In this document: positions 9,055 through 17,941 of the stretch, in pieces
Layout of the letters: each line of letters opens with the position of its first letter
Numbering within the stretch: the stretch's first letter is position 1
NCBI GenBank assembly: GCA_035479795.1
Contig: DATIII010000004.1
Span: forward strand, 15,668 to 79,667
Reading direction: 5' to 3'
Source: Candidatus Saccharimonadales bacterium
GTDB taxonomy: Bacteria > Patescibacteriota > Saccharimonadia > UBA4664 > SCTI01
DNA: 64,000 bases
Made by a program: the position numbers and the translations under genes
Notes under the pieces: generated by a model
The model's database searches: none
What the model was told of the DNA's origin: nothing
What the model saw: the letters and a program-made list of their open reading frames with translations, nothing else

Positions 9055-9846
9055 ATGAGCACCTATGTCGCACAACCATACGTGGGCATTACCGGTATCT
9101 CGACTCCCTGGGAGATCGAGGCCATTACTAGCAAATGGTTTGAGGTCTTTGATTGGACGGAGACTGATCGCCGGTTTATGAATGGCATCTTGGTGTCCTC
9201 CAAGTCGCTAAGAGGGGAAGCGCCTAGTGATCCGCAGCAGTATCCCGACCTCGGGAGAGCTCGCCACCTGATGGTTGATGACCCGCGAGTCATGAACACG
9301 GTTCATTTCAACATCAGCGGGCTGACTGAGCGCCCCTCGCGGGTCCTAAAGCTGGGGAGTTACCTCAGCCGGGTGGTCGAGCGGCTGCCGGCAACCGAAG
9401 CCATCCAAATCAACCTGGCGTGGCCCAGTGTGGATCTATTGAAAGGCTTCAGGGAGGATCATTCACAGCTGATAATCCTCCAAATCGGAGCAGCGGCTTA
9501 CGAGGCGCTGGGGCACGACCCAGGGCGACTGGTGGCGGTTCTGGAGCACTACTGCGGAGTGGCTGACTACGTCTTGATTGACCCCAGCGGAGGCACGGGC
9601 CAGCCGTTTAACCTCAGCTTGGCGCTGCGGACCCTCGATGCACTGGCGGGTTCAGATCTGCCGATGTTGTGGGGGATCGCCGGCGGCCTGGGGCCAAACA
9701 GCCTGGGCCGGCTTAAGAAGCTGGTCGAGCTGTATCCCAATCTGAGCTGGGACGCCCAGGGCCGATTGCGCGACGGCGAGGGTCACCTGGGCTGGGCGGA
9801 GACCTTTGCCTACCTGAAGGGGAGCTTGGCCTTGGCTCGGCGCTAG
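9055..9846 (+). CDS. TIM-barrel protein distantly like phosphoribosylanthranilate isomerase
   Basis: YVGITG, IQIN, LIDPSGGTG, GIAGGLGP, WDAQGRLR pattern; SD aagggag. Confidence 0.6.
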   Translation: MSTYVAQPYVGITGISTPWEIEAITSKWFEVFDWTETDRRFMNGILVSSKSLRGEAPSDPQQYPDLGRARHLMVDDPRVMNTVHFNISGLTERPSRVLKLGSYLSRVVERLPATEAIQINLAWPSVDLLKGFREDHSQLIILQIGAAAYEALGHDPGRLVAVLEHYCGVADYVLIDPSGGTGQPFNLSLALRTLDALAGSDLPMLWGIAGGLGPNSLGRLKKLVELYPNLSWDAQGRLRDGEGHLGWAETFAYLKGSLALARR

Positions 9847-9884
9847 AGGTGGAGACAGGGGCTGGATCGCAAGATCCGGCCCCT

Positions 9885-11204
9885 TTAGGCACCGCCCACA
9901 ATATCGAAGTACTTGGTGGAGTAGAAGGGTACTTTATCCTTCATGGGGTTCTTCGACATGGCAACATCGGCTGAGGCCACGATCAGTTCGCCATAACGGT
10001 CGTAGAGCTGGTCGATGGCGTCCTGAACCTGGGATTTCTTGGTGTATTCATCTACGAATAGGGCTGGCTGCTCCTGGCGAATCGGCGCTAGACCGTAGGC
10101 AGTCAGGTCGAAGGCTGTGACAACTTCGCCCGAAGGACTGTGTTCGAACAGCCATTTAGCACGATTATAAAGCTCGTCGGGTCGGTGAGCCGGAGCCGGC
10201 CACTTATGGCGGTCGCGCCAGCGCTGTGAGTAGAAGCTCTCGTCTGGAGACGCGGCCCTGTAACGCAGCCCCAGGGCCAGGCCGCGGGCCTCAAGACCGG
10301 CCATCCTCAGCTTACGGCTGACTTTAAATGAAGCCTTGTGCAGCAGGGCTAGAATTTGCTCAGGATCAGCTGTGCGGTGCTCTAATACATACTGCCGGCC
10401 AGCTGTCCTGGTGGCGTCCTGCCAGGTCTCGGTTTCGTAGCCACGTAGTTTGAAGTACCAGTGGTGACCAAGCACACTGCCAAATACCTGGCGGAATAGC
10501 ACCCAGTAGGGAGCCCTAAGGAAGTCCACCGGGGTGCGGATGCCAGCCATATTCAATCGCACTTGGTTGCGCCGCTTAATGTAGGGCAGATCAGTCAGCC
10601 GCAGGCTGCCGTAGACCTCCCGGAGATTGTCGGCCGAGATCACATCCAGACCGTTTGGCTTATTCAGGCCCGCGGCGACCTTGGCCAGCCAGAGGTTTTG
10701 GCCAATGCCGACATTGACCGTCATATAATCGCCAACTTCCTCGCGCACTCGTTGCTTGATTTCGCGGCCGATGTCTTCGAGAGGTCGACCTTTTAGCAGC
10801 TGGCGCATACCTCGAAAATCAATCACGCCTTCATCGATCGACTTCATAAAGGCAGTGGGCGAGTAATCCTGGAAAATGCCTTTAAGCTTGCGGTGGACGT
10901 GAATGTATTTAGCTGGGTCGCTTTCCACCATCACAAAGCTGGGGTCGATCAGCCGAGCGTCACGCTGGCGGGTGCCAATCACAATGCCTTGGCGCTTGGC
11001 CTCGTAGGAACTGGTGATGCAGATTGAATAGTCGGCCAGGCGCTCGGTGCCAGCCACCTTCACTCGGTTACTAACGCCCACGGGCCGGCCACGTAAGTGC
11101 GGTCGCCACTGCTGCTCGGTCATGGCAAAGGCACCATTGAGGTCGATGTGCATGACCTCCGGCGGCTCGGGGCTGATAGGCACATCGATGCCGTTAAGAG
11201 CCAT
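9885..11204 (-). CDS. dinB: Y-family DNA polymerase (DinB/Pol IV-like)
   Basis: HIDLNGAFA, SYEAK, SIDEG, LAKVAAGLNKPNG motifs. Confidence 0.9.
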   Translation of the reverse strand: MALNGIDVPISPEPPEVMHIDLNGAFAMTEQQWRPHLRGRPVGVSNRVKVAGTERLADYSICITSSYEAKRQGIVIGTRQRDARLIDPSFVMVESDPAKYIHVHRKLKGIFQDYSPTAFMKSIDEGVIDFRGMRQLLKGRPLEDIGREIKQRVREEVGDYMTVNVGIGQNLWLAKVAAGLNKPNGLDVISADNLREVYGSLRLTDLPYIKRRNQVRLNMAGIRTPVDFLRAPYWVLFRQVFGSVLGHHWYFKLRGYETETWQDATRTAGRQYVLEHRTADPEQILALLHKASFKVSRKLRMAGLEARGLALGLRYRAASPDESFYSQRWRDRHKWPAPAHRPDELYNRAKWLFEHSPSGEVVTAFDLTAYGLAPIRQEQPALFVDEYTKKSQVQDAIDQLYDRYGELIVASADVAMSKNPMKDKVPFYSTKYFDIVGGA

Positions 11205-11457
11205 AGAACACCTCCACTAAAGTCCATTCAAATGTTTCTGGGTCGAACTCTAGGGTGAAGTCGTTCGAGCCCGATGAAAAGCCACAGACCAGTACGCGTT
11301 TTTGACCGCGTTTGGCGAAGTGGTGCCCACCCATGACATCTATTTTGTAGCGTCTACCTTTCCATTGCATCAGGTAAGGGCGGACATAGACGGACTGCTT
11401 TGACTGTGGGCTAAAGGTGGCCAGCACGCCGACTTTATCGTGTAAGTTTTCGAACAC
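11194..11457 (-). CDS. Small beta-rich protein cotranscribed with the Y-family polymerase
   Basis: 87 aa, overlaps dinB start; WKGRRYKI...F...W pattern seen in small partners of mutagenesis cassettes. Confidence 0.7.
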   Translation of the reverse strand: MFENLHDKVGVLATFSPQSKQSVYVRPYLMQWKGRRYKIDVMGGHHFAKRGQKRVLVCGFSSGSNDFTLEFDPETFEWTLVEVFYGS

Positions 11458-11475
11458 GCTGGCCCCCAGAGCTAT

Positions 11476-11916
11476 TTAGACGCGGGCGGCGACTAGTTCG
11501 TCGCTGGCGTTGATTTGGGCTTCTTGCCGTCGCTCGTCTAAGCGTTGTTTGAAGTATTTAATCAAGCCCCAGGATTGCTTGATTACGGCCAGGGCTTCTT
11601 CCTGCAGCTCCCGTGTATCGCCTAGGCCGGCTTCGGTGTAGGCAGCCAACTGCTTTTGGAGGCTTTCGGCGCTGGTGCGAGCTAGGTGTAATGATCCCAG
11701 CTTGCGGCTGTAGCTTAGTGCCTTATGAGACTCGGAAATAAAGTGGGCAATGGCCGCGGATTCGCGGCGTAGATCATTACCTAATGGATATTGTTGCTCT
11801 TCGGGTAGGCTAGATACTAGCCCGTGGACGGCATCTTCCAGCTTTCGGGCAGTTTGGTAAATGCGTAACCCCTCAATGCTCTTCTTTACGTTTTGCTGTG
11901 TTGGTTCGTGTGACAT
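11476..11916 (-). CDS. Four-helix-bundle protein (IVS-encoded/Avd-like family)
   Basis: LRIYQTA...LPEEQQYPLGNDLRRESAAIAHFISE...ARTSAE signature; SD ggagg. Confidence 0.85.
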   Translation of the reverse strand: MSHEPTQQNVKKSIEGLRIYQTARKLEDAVHGLVSSLPEEQQYPLGNDLRRESAAIAHFISESHKALSYSRKLGSLHLARTSAESLQKQLAAYTEAGLGDTRELQEEALAVIKQSWGLIKYFKQRLDERRQEAQINASDELVAARV

Positions 11917-11957
11917 GACTCCTCCTGTGCACTTAGAAAATATCCCCTCTAACAGAT

Positions 11958-11987
11958 AAGATACCGAACAAAAACCGAACTGTCAAG
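11958..11987 (-). promoter_or_regulatory. Sigma70 promoter with GTTC-N7-GTTC direct-repeat operator (putative LexA box)
   Basis: TTGACA-gttcggtttttgttcgg-TATCTT with 17-bp spacer; the same 16-mer occurs at 41011-41026. Confidence 0.8.
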
Positions 11988-12020
11988 TCAAAAAGTAAGA
12001 CCCCGATGGAGCCTTATTCT

Positions 12021-12221
12021 TTAGCGCATAGGGTTAGTGGTTTGCGCTGGTGTTTTGATCGGCGACTGCAAGTCTTGGCTAAGAGCCGAAATTTGATCCT
12101 CGCTTAAGGCCGTGGCCGCTTCGTAACGGTCTTGGTCTGAATCGGAGGATGGATTTTTGCTGTCGGGGCCAATCTCCTCGAAAAAAAGCGGGTAATCTTC
12201 GAGCCTATCAGACTTTCTCAT
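12021..12221 (-). CDS. Small acidic hypothetical protein
   Basis: 66-aa ORF with SD ggagg. Confidence 0.5.
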   Translation of the reverse strand: MRKSDRLEDYPLFFEEIGPDSKNPSSDSDQDRYEAATALSEDQISALSQDLQSPIKTPAQTTNPMR

Positions 12222-12482
12222 GGGCCTCCCCTGTTACGACATTTTCCGCCACAGTTGTGGCATACGAAGACCAAGATACCGGGGGAGTGGGGGTGTGTCA
12301 AACGGCCAAACCGCCAAAGAATTCGCTTTTAAAACAGTTACGATTTGTAAAATTGCTACTCATTAAATAATGGTCTTGCCGAGCTGTGGAAATGTAGGGT
12401 AAACTTTGGCAACGAATCGGCGTTAAGCCGTTTTTGTACCAGTGGCTTACTAAGAGCCGCATAACAAACAAACGAGGTGGTT

Positions 12483-13208
12483 ATGGACTTGGTCCGGATG
12501 AAGTTTGGTGAGCCTGACCACGTCGGGCGGAAGCATCAGTTCTACAAGGTGCCGGGACGGCCAGAGATGGTCGTTCAGCGCCAGTCGGATCTGCCGGATT
12601 CGGCCGAATGGTTCGAAGTGGCCTGCTCCATCTATGAGCTGTGGCAGCAGACGGGTGCGCCTGTTCGGTTCATGCATCGCTATCAGGGCGACGATCTGGA
12701 CTTGGCCTTCGTGGGTCGCGAGATCGAGCGCGTCCGGCCCAAGATTGCCGTGAGCCACAGGCAGGTTCGCACCGAGCGTCGCACCGAGGCAGTGTTGCTC
12801 GACGAGACAGGGGAACTCATGCTCGTTCCGGACATCATCAATGGCCGGGTTGTACAGCTCGACCGGACTCATCGCGCGGAGGTGGGCTGGATGGAGTGGG
12901 TTGATTTCAAGCTCACCGATAGGCCGATCGAACCCGCGGACGACGTTAGGTCTCAGTTGGCGGAGATGGGGCAAATCGCCCATGAAGCCTTCGACGCGCT
13001 CGCTGGTCAGCTCGAGAAGTCCGGCATACAGCTGGGCCGAATGGTGCTGGAGTTTGGGCTGGACGTCGAAACCGGTGACTTGCTGATCGCCACCTCAATG
13101 GACATCGATTCGTTCGTCGGCTACAGCCACGACGGCGAGCTTCACTTGAGGTCACCAGAGTGGCCAAATGCCTTGGTGGCGGCAACAGCGGCGGTTCAAG
13201 CCGCGTAA
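12483..13208 (+). CDS. Degenerate SAICAR-synthase (PurC)-like protein
   Basis: GRKHQFY..., LGRMVLEFGLDVETGDLLIATSMDIDS aligns by eye to PurC LVDFKLEFG...LADEISPD; key residues replaced. Confidence 0.6.
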   Translation: MDLVRMKFGEPDHVGRKHQFYKVPGRPEMVVQRQSDLPDSAEWFEVACSIYELWQQTGAPVRFMHRYQGDDLDLAFVGREIERVRPKIAVSHRQVRTERRTEAVLLDETGELMLVPDIINGRVVQLDRTHRAEVGWMEWVDFKLTDRPIEPADDVRSQLAEMGQIAHEAFDALAGQLEKSGIQLGRMVLEFGLDVETGDLLIATSMDIDSFVGYSHDGELHLRSPEWPNALVAATAAVQAA

Positions 13209-13311
13209 CGTCGCAGAGGGTGGTGGTCTGGAGTAATCCGGGCCACCATGAAGCAATTATTAATATGAAGAACCCCGGCAAAGAGGTCCTTCGTCGGGGT
13301 TGTTGGCTGAT

Positions 13312-13896
13312 CTAGGTGGTGCTATCACGGCGTTTGGGGAAGGCTGTGACGACTGGCGGGCCAGGTGGCATCCGCAGCCTGGGATGGAACCTCAGGGTTT
13401 CCAAAACACCGAACTCCAGGGCCATCCGGGGTGTGACTCGTCCTCGGGGAAAGTAGATGGTGTCGTCGGCCTTCAGGTCCGCGCGCACCAGGGCCGGCTT
13501 CCAGCGGCCGGACTCGCGATCCTTGGCCTGGAAAACGCCGTCCTTGATCCGGGCAGCGAGTGCCCAGCGTGGGTTGACCTTGCTGGAATTGGCCTGGCAT
13601 GCCTTACAGGCGGGGAAGACATTGCTGGGCTTGGGGACGGTTTTGGCCGGGTAGTTGTATATGTTCCGCGGCTCATAGAAAAGCTTGAGATCGCCGATCG
13701 GTCGGTAGTTACCACAGGTGTAGCAGCGGCCCTGGCCGAGCACGCGGAGCACCTCATGGACCTCTTCCAGTCTGCGACGGTTTTCATCCCGGATCTCTTC
13801 CTCGAGATCGGCATATGCCACGGCTGCCAATTCATACGCGTTGGTGGCTTCCTTCAGCAGCAGCTCGATCTCTCGTGGGATTTGCAGATCGGTCAT
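13312..13896 (-). CDS. Hypothetical protein with CxxC...N...CxxC Zn site (HNH-like, His missing)
   Basis: CYTCG...SNVFPACKACQ; SD gaggtg. Confidence 0.6.
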   Translation of the reverse strand: MTDLQIPREIELLLKEATNAYELAAVAYADLEEEIRDENRRRLEEVHEVLRVLGQGRCYTCGNYRPIGDLKLFYEPRNIYNYPAKTVPKPSNVFPACKACQANSSKVNPRWALAARIKDGVFQAKDRESGRWKPALVRADLKADDTIYFPRGRVTPRMALEFGVLETLRFHPRLRMPPGPPVVTAFPKRRDSTT

Positions 13897-13947
13897 GATC
13901 ACCTCAGTGGAGCTTTCATCAGAACACGGCCATGATACCATTAGCTC

Positions 13948-14109
13948 ATGAATAAGTCAGCCATCTGGGTTGGAGCTGGAGTTGGTGGAGTGGTCGGTGG
14001 CTATATCCCTAGCTTGTGGCATGCTGATTTTCTTTCGCCCGCCAGTATTCTGGGAAGCACTGTGGGTGGCTTGGCTGGAATATGGGTGATTTACAAGCTC
14101 TACAAATAA
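13948..14109 (+). CDS. Small Gly-rich membrane protein (53 aa, below ORF-track cutoff)
   Basis: MNKSAIWVGAGVGGVVGGYIPSLWHADFLSPASILGSTVGGLAGIWVIYKLYK; TACCAT -10 6 nt upstream. Confidence 0.75.
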   Translation: MNKSAIWVGAGVGGVVGGYIPSLWHADFLSPASILGSTVGGLAGIWVIYKLYK

Positions 14110-14179
14110 GCGCTTATGCTTGCAGTAATCATTTAGAAACTCAATAATCCTCCCATCGTCTACCAAGAAGGACGTTGAA

Positions 14180-14455
14180 ATGGAAATTCCAACTAGCGGC
14201 TGGCCAAAGAAGGCCTACGACGCCATGTTGGCCAAAGACAAGGATGAGTTCGACTATGCCATGACTCGTTACTGCATTTACCGTGGTGAGGCAGAGGCGA
14301 ACCAACTGGTATTCGATCTTTACGATCTGATGCCGGACGACATCAAGCTCTGGTGGCTCGAGGAAGACGCGTCCCTGCCGCCGGTGGAGGAGACGGGCGA
14401 GCGTAACTTCCAGCGCGCGATCATCGAAATGAACGCCGAGAGGAGGCGTAACTGA
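14180..14455 (+). CDS. Hypothetical protein
   Basis: SD aagga; TGATG-coupled to the next ORF; GC-rich third positions. Confidence 0.7.
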   Translation: MEIPTSGWPKKAYDAMLAKDKDEFDYAMTRYCIYRGEAEANQLVFDLYDLMPDDIKLWWLEEDASLPPVEETGERNFQRAIIEMNAERRRN

Positions 14456-14916
14456 TGGGAAATCTGGGGCAGTTTCCGCAGCTTCAAGATCAAGCGCGGG
14501 CAGAGCAGCCCAATCGGGACCTGGTGAAGGCGCGGCGGGCGTTGTTCGACCGTTTCGACCAGTTCAACCACCGCAGCCCAGTACTGGCCGTAGAGCATCT
14601 AACTGAAGTGGCCGTGGCGCTGGAGGCCACCTTGGAGCTGCTGCCGCATCACCCGGGATTTGCCAGGTACGTCGCGGAGGCCGATCTATATCGGGGCTTC
14701 GATATGCCGCGCGGCTGGGTCAGCGACGACTTGCACTTCTTGGCCATCGTCGAAGCCGGCCATTACCTGTGGTGTATGCACGAAAGTCGGCTTCGTGAGT
14801 TCTTCTTGCACGAGCTGCGTGAGTTGGTGACGATGCCCCAGACCTTCGATGGGGACTTCAAGGACATCGCCGGGGCCATCATGGCCTGGACGGCCGACCC
14901 CGACGAAGACAAATGA
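14455..14916 (+). CDS. Hypothetical protein
   Basis: Middle gene of coupled 3-gene operon; SD ggagg. Confidence 0.7.
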   Translation: MGNLGQFPQLQDQARAEQPNRDLVKARRALFDRFDQFNHRSPVLAVEHLTEVAVALEATLELLPHHPGFARYVAEADLYRGFDMPRGWVSDDLHFLAIVEAGHYLWCMHESRLREFFLHELRELVTMPQTFDGDFKDIAGAIMAWTADPDEDK

Positions 14917-15350
14917 CCGACCGATGGGTGGCATATTCGGCCGGTCAGGTGGTGACCTTGATGGTCGAAGTGCCGCTAGAGCAGCCTCGCCGCCAATTGT
15001 GGGAGGTGTTGAGCAGTATCGACCTTTCGGCCATAACGATGGCCATGAGAATCACTGGCGGGGAGTACGAGCAAACTGTGGCTTACTGGATGCTCATCTG
15101 TATCGTCGAGCCCCGGACCAGGCACGGCACCTTTTACGGCCTTCTAATGGACGAAATCGACCACTTGGAAAGTGACCTGCGCCAGGCTGGCCTGGTAATC
15201 CGTCGTTACTCGAAGTTCGGCAACGAGCTGCTCGACGCTGAAGGTCTGGCCGATTACGCTCGGCGCATAGTCTGCTCCGGCGAGCCGGCTGAAAACCAAG
15301 GACAGCAAGAGCTGGAAGAGCGCGCCGACGATGGCGGCCGCGGGGACTAA
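14913..15350 (+). CDS. Hypothetical protein
   Basis: ATGA overlap; hairpin terminator at 15333-15373. Confidence 0.65.
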   Translation: MTDRWVAYSAGQVVTLMVEVPLEQPRRQLWEVLSSIDLSAITMAMRITGGEYEQTVAYWMLICIVEPRTRHGTFYGLLMDEIDHLESDLRQAGLVIRRYSKFGNELLDAEGLADYARRIVCSGEPAENQGQQELEERADDGGRGD

Positions 15351-15372
15351 CCCTGCGGCCGCCGTTTTGCTT

Positions 15373-16548
15373 TTAAGCCGGCTGGTAGAACATTAGCCCG
15401 AGCTTGATTTGCAGGGCGTCGTCAAACACTCGTGGGTCAAGCCCAATGACTTTCTTGGTCTTATCTAATCTGTAAATTAAGGTGTTGCGGTGGACATGGA
15501 GTTTCTCAGCGGCTTCCGTTAGATTTAGCCCAGCCTGCAGGAATGTCTGAACGGTCTTATATAACTGCTCATCTTTTAACAAAGGATAGAGAATCTGGTG
15601 GGCCAGCTCGGCTTTGCGCTCCTGGGCCACATTGGCCAGGGTCACAAACATGCCGACTTGCTTGATGTGATAAACCCGGCCGGTGCCCCACACCTTGGTG
15701 CCGACCGTCAGGCTGAGCTTGGCTTCCTGAAAGCTCTTGCGCAGGCCACCGAGCTCGGGATAATACTGGCCGACACCGACAGAAACCTTTTTATTTGGGA
15801 ACCGCTTGGCTAGTAAATCGTGCTCATAATGACCCTTTTCAATCATGAAACGCATGGTGTTGCGTAGGGTTAGACCCTCGCCGCCGATGCCTTTGGAGAG
15901 CACGAAGATGTTGTTGCCGATGTAGCAGGCCAGATTGCCAGTGTGATTGTTAAAGCTGGCCTGAATCGCGTTGGTAATCTCGCTGGCGGCTCGAGCTACT
16001 TCCTGCTCCTGTTCGTCCGGTGTGAGCGGGGCGTGTTCGAGCCGAATGTCTTGTTCGAAGCGCTCGATTTCAATCAAGATAATGGCTTGCGGCTGGCGCA
16101 GGTTGATCTGCAGGATGTCGGCCTGACGGTAAGCCTCGGCCGCTTCAATTTTGGTGGAGGTCAGTACTTGTTTGATAAAGTTGGCCCGGATTTTTTCTGA
16201 TGGCTGGACGTGCTCGAGTAGGAAATGTTGGTGGGTAATAACCTCGGCTAGGCCTTGGAGCAGGCTGATGGCTTCGGGGGTGGTATGGGCACCTTCTTCC
16301 ACCACACCAAAGGCACCAACGGTTTGGTTTTCATACACAAACGGGCACCAGGCCACTGAAGCGTCACCCAAGCCAGTGCGAACCACCCGTCCCTCCTGGC
16401 AGGCCCTAAGGGCATCAACCAGGATCTGCCCATTATAGTTGCCTTGGGAAAGCACCAAGCCCTTGGCGTCGGCCACTAGCACACTGCGCTTCAATACGGT
16501 TTTGGCGCGCTCGGTGATTTGACCGGCGACGGCAGGATTTAATCGCAT
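15373..16548 (-). CDS. CdaR/PucR-family transcriptional regulator
   Basis: Diacid-recognition-like N-terminus; VGVG...GLRKSFQEA; HTH NLTEAAEKLHVHRNTLIYRL. Confidence 0.9.
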   Translation of the reverse strand: MRLNPAVAGQITERAKTVLKRSVLVADAKGLVLSQGNYNGQILVDALRACQEGRVVRTGLGDASVAWCPFVYENQTVGAFGVVEEGAHTTPEAISLLQGLAEVITHQHFLLEHVQPSEKIRANFIKQVLTSTKIEAAEAYRQADILQINLRQPQAIILIEIERFEQDIRLEHAPLTPDEQEQEVARAASEITNAIQASFNNHTGNLACYIGNNIFVLSKGIGGEGLTLRNTMRFMIEKGHYEHDLLAKRFPNKKVSVGVGQYYPELGGLRKSFQEAKLSLTVGTKVWGTGRVYHIKQVGMFVTLANVAQERKAELAHQILYPLLKDEQLYKTVQTFLQAGLNLTEAAEKLHVHRNTLIYRLDKTKKVIGLDPRVFDDALQIKLGLMFYQPA

Positions 16549-16555
16549 AGCGGCT

Positions 16556-16637
16556 CCGGGATGCGGGATACGGGATGCAGAATACAGAAATAACTATGAG
16601 CTTCTCCGAATCCTGAATCCTGAATCCTGAATCCTGT
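16556..16637. repeat. Inverted pair of 7-bp tandem arrays
   Basis: GGATGCG GGATACG GGATGCA GAATACA facing (GAATCCT)x4. Confidence 0.85.
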
Positions 16638-16639
16638 TC

Positions 16640-17758
16640 TCACGATTGTTCCACAAACTTAGTAAATAGAATGGCTAGTTTTATCTGCACCGCATCATCA
16701 AAGCTACGCGGGTCCAGATTAAGTGTTTCGGCTATGCGGTCCAGTCGATATACCAGGGTGTTGCGGTGAATCCCCAGTTCGTCGGCCGTCTGCGTCAGAC
16801 CCATGTTGTTTTTAAAGAAGCTCTCAAGCGTTTGAATCACGCCGTCGTTTTCGCCCAGCTTCTCGAGCAGCTCGCGGGAAAAGTAGATGTTGCTTTCATC
16901 AATACCAGATAGCAAGGGAGCCACCACACCAAAGTCGTCGATGTGATACACCCGGTCTTTATCCCAGTTTTGCGCGCCCAGCTCGATGGCCGAAATAGCC
17001 TCGGAGTAGCTAGTGCGCAGGCCGTCCACCCCGGGGTGGTAGTTGCCAATACCGACAGTGGTGGGGCTTTTGAGCTCACCTCGGAAGATTTGGTAGATGG
17101 TGTGGATTGATTTTTTGAACCGGTCCAGTGATTCTTCCAGCGAAGTTTCGCCGCCATTTAGGTCCTTTAAAATGCAGAAGGCATTATTGCCAAGGTAGGC
17201 GATAATGTTTGATTTACTCGAGGTGTAATAAGAGTTCAAGCCGCGGCTAATGCCGAATTTGTAGCGCGTGATGCGCATTTCGCGGTCGCCTTCGTCGCGG
17301 GTCTCGCCGGTTAATACCGGATCGTCGACGGTTACTACAATGGCAATGCGCGGCACGCTCAGGTCGATGTCGAACAGCCGAGCCTCGGCGGTGATCAGTC
17401 GATCGTCGGTGGAGTGCCCGGCCAATAGGTCGTATACAAATTTATCCAGCCGTTCTTCCTGGTGGGGGAGCTGCTCAATCAGGATGGTTTGGTGCAGCAG
17501 TAGCTCGGCTATTGATCGAATCAGCGGGGCGATTTCTTCATGATTCGGCATCTGCCGGCTGAGTAAGACATAGCCCGTGGGCTTGGCGCTGTGCTGGACC
17601 ACGATGGCCCATGGATAATTGCTAATATCCAGGCTCTCCTGGACGTTGGGATCGTTTGTGGATAAAACAGTCCCCTCGGTGTCTACCACCGAAAGTGGCT
17701 GATTAACCAGGGCGCCGACCTTATCTTGGATGCGCTCCGCGATATGCTGGTTTAGCAC
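16640..17758 (-). CDS. CdaR/PucR-family transcriptional regulator (tandem paralog)
   Basis: VGIGNY...GLRTSYSEA; HTH TADELGIHRNTLVYRL; SD ggagg. Confidence 0.9.
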   Translation of the reverse strand: MLNQHIAERIQDKVGALVNQPLSVVDTEGTVLSTNDPNVQESLDISNYPWAIVVQHSAKPTGYVLLSRQMPNHEEIAPLIRSIAELLLHQTILIEQLPHQEERLDKFVYDLLAGHSTDDRLITAEARLFDIDLSVPRIAIVVTVDDPVLTGETRDEGDREMRITRYKFGISRGLNSYYTSSKSNIIAYLGNNAFCILKDLNGGETSLEESLDRFKKSIHTIYQIFRGELKSPTTVGIGNYHPGVDGLRTSYSEAISAIELGAQNWDKDRVYHIDDFGVVAPLLSGIDESNIYFSRELLEKLGENDGVIQTLESFFKNNMGLTQTADELGIHRNTLVYRLDRIAETLNLDPRSFDDAVQIKLAILFTKFVEQS

Positions 17759-17941
17759 CGATCCTACCTCCTCACGTAAATCACTTTTGTGATCTTGCCT
17801 AACAAGATTACCTTGCGAACCTTAAGCGTAGCAAGCACAAGCAGGATGCGTTTTTGGATAATTGCAGCATAAGCGCTAAAGGTAATAATGGCCGGGTACG
17901 ATCTCTCGCACCCGGCCATTCACGCCGGCCTGTCACGGCTG

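Noticed and set aside
9885-11916. Diversity-generating retroelement suggested by the Avd-like four-helix-bundle gene
   Set aside because: No reverse transcriptase and no TR/VR pair with adenine-specific mismatches seen in the window; the neighbour is a Y-family DNA polymerase.
13300-13935. 211-aa plus-strand ORF, and similar long shadow ORFs at 48031-48732, 12450-12983 and 1302-1808
   Set aside because: Antisense or alternate-frame shadows of GC-rich genes; the other frame has the SD and protein-like motifs.
16556-16637. CRISPR array suggested by short repeats
   Set aside because: Units are 7-bp tandem with no spacers, and no cas genes are present.
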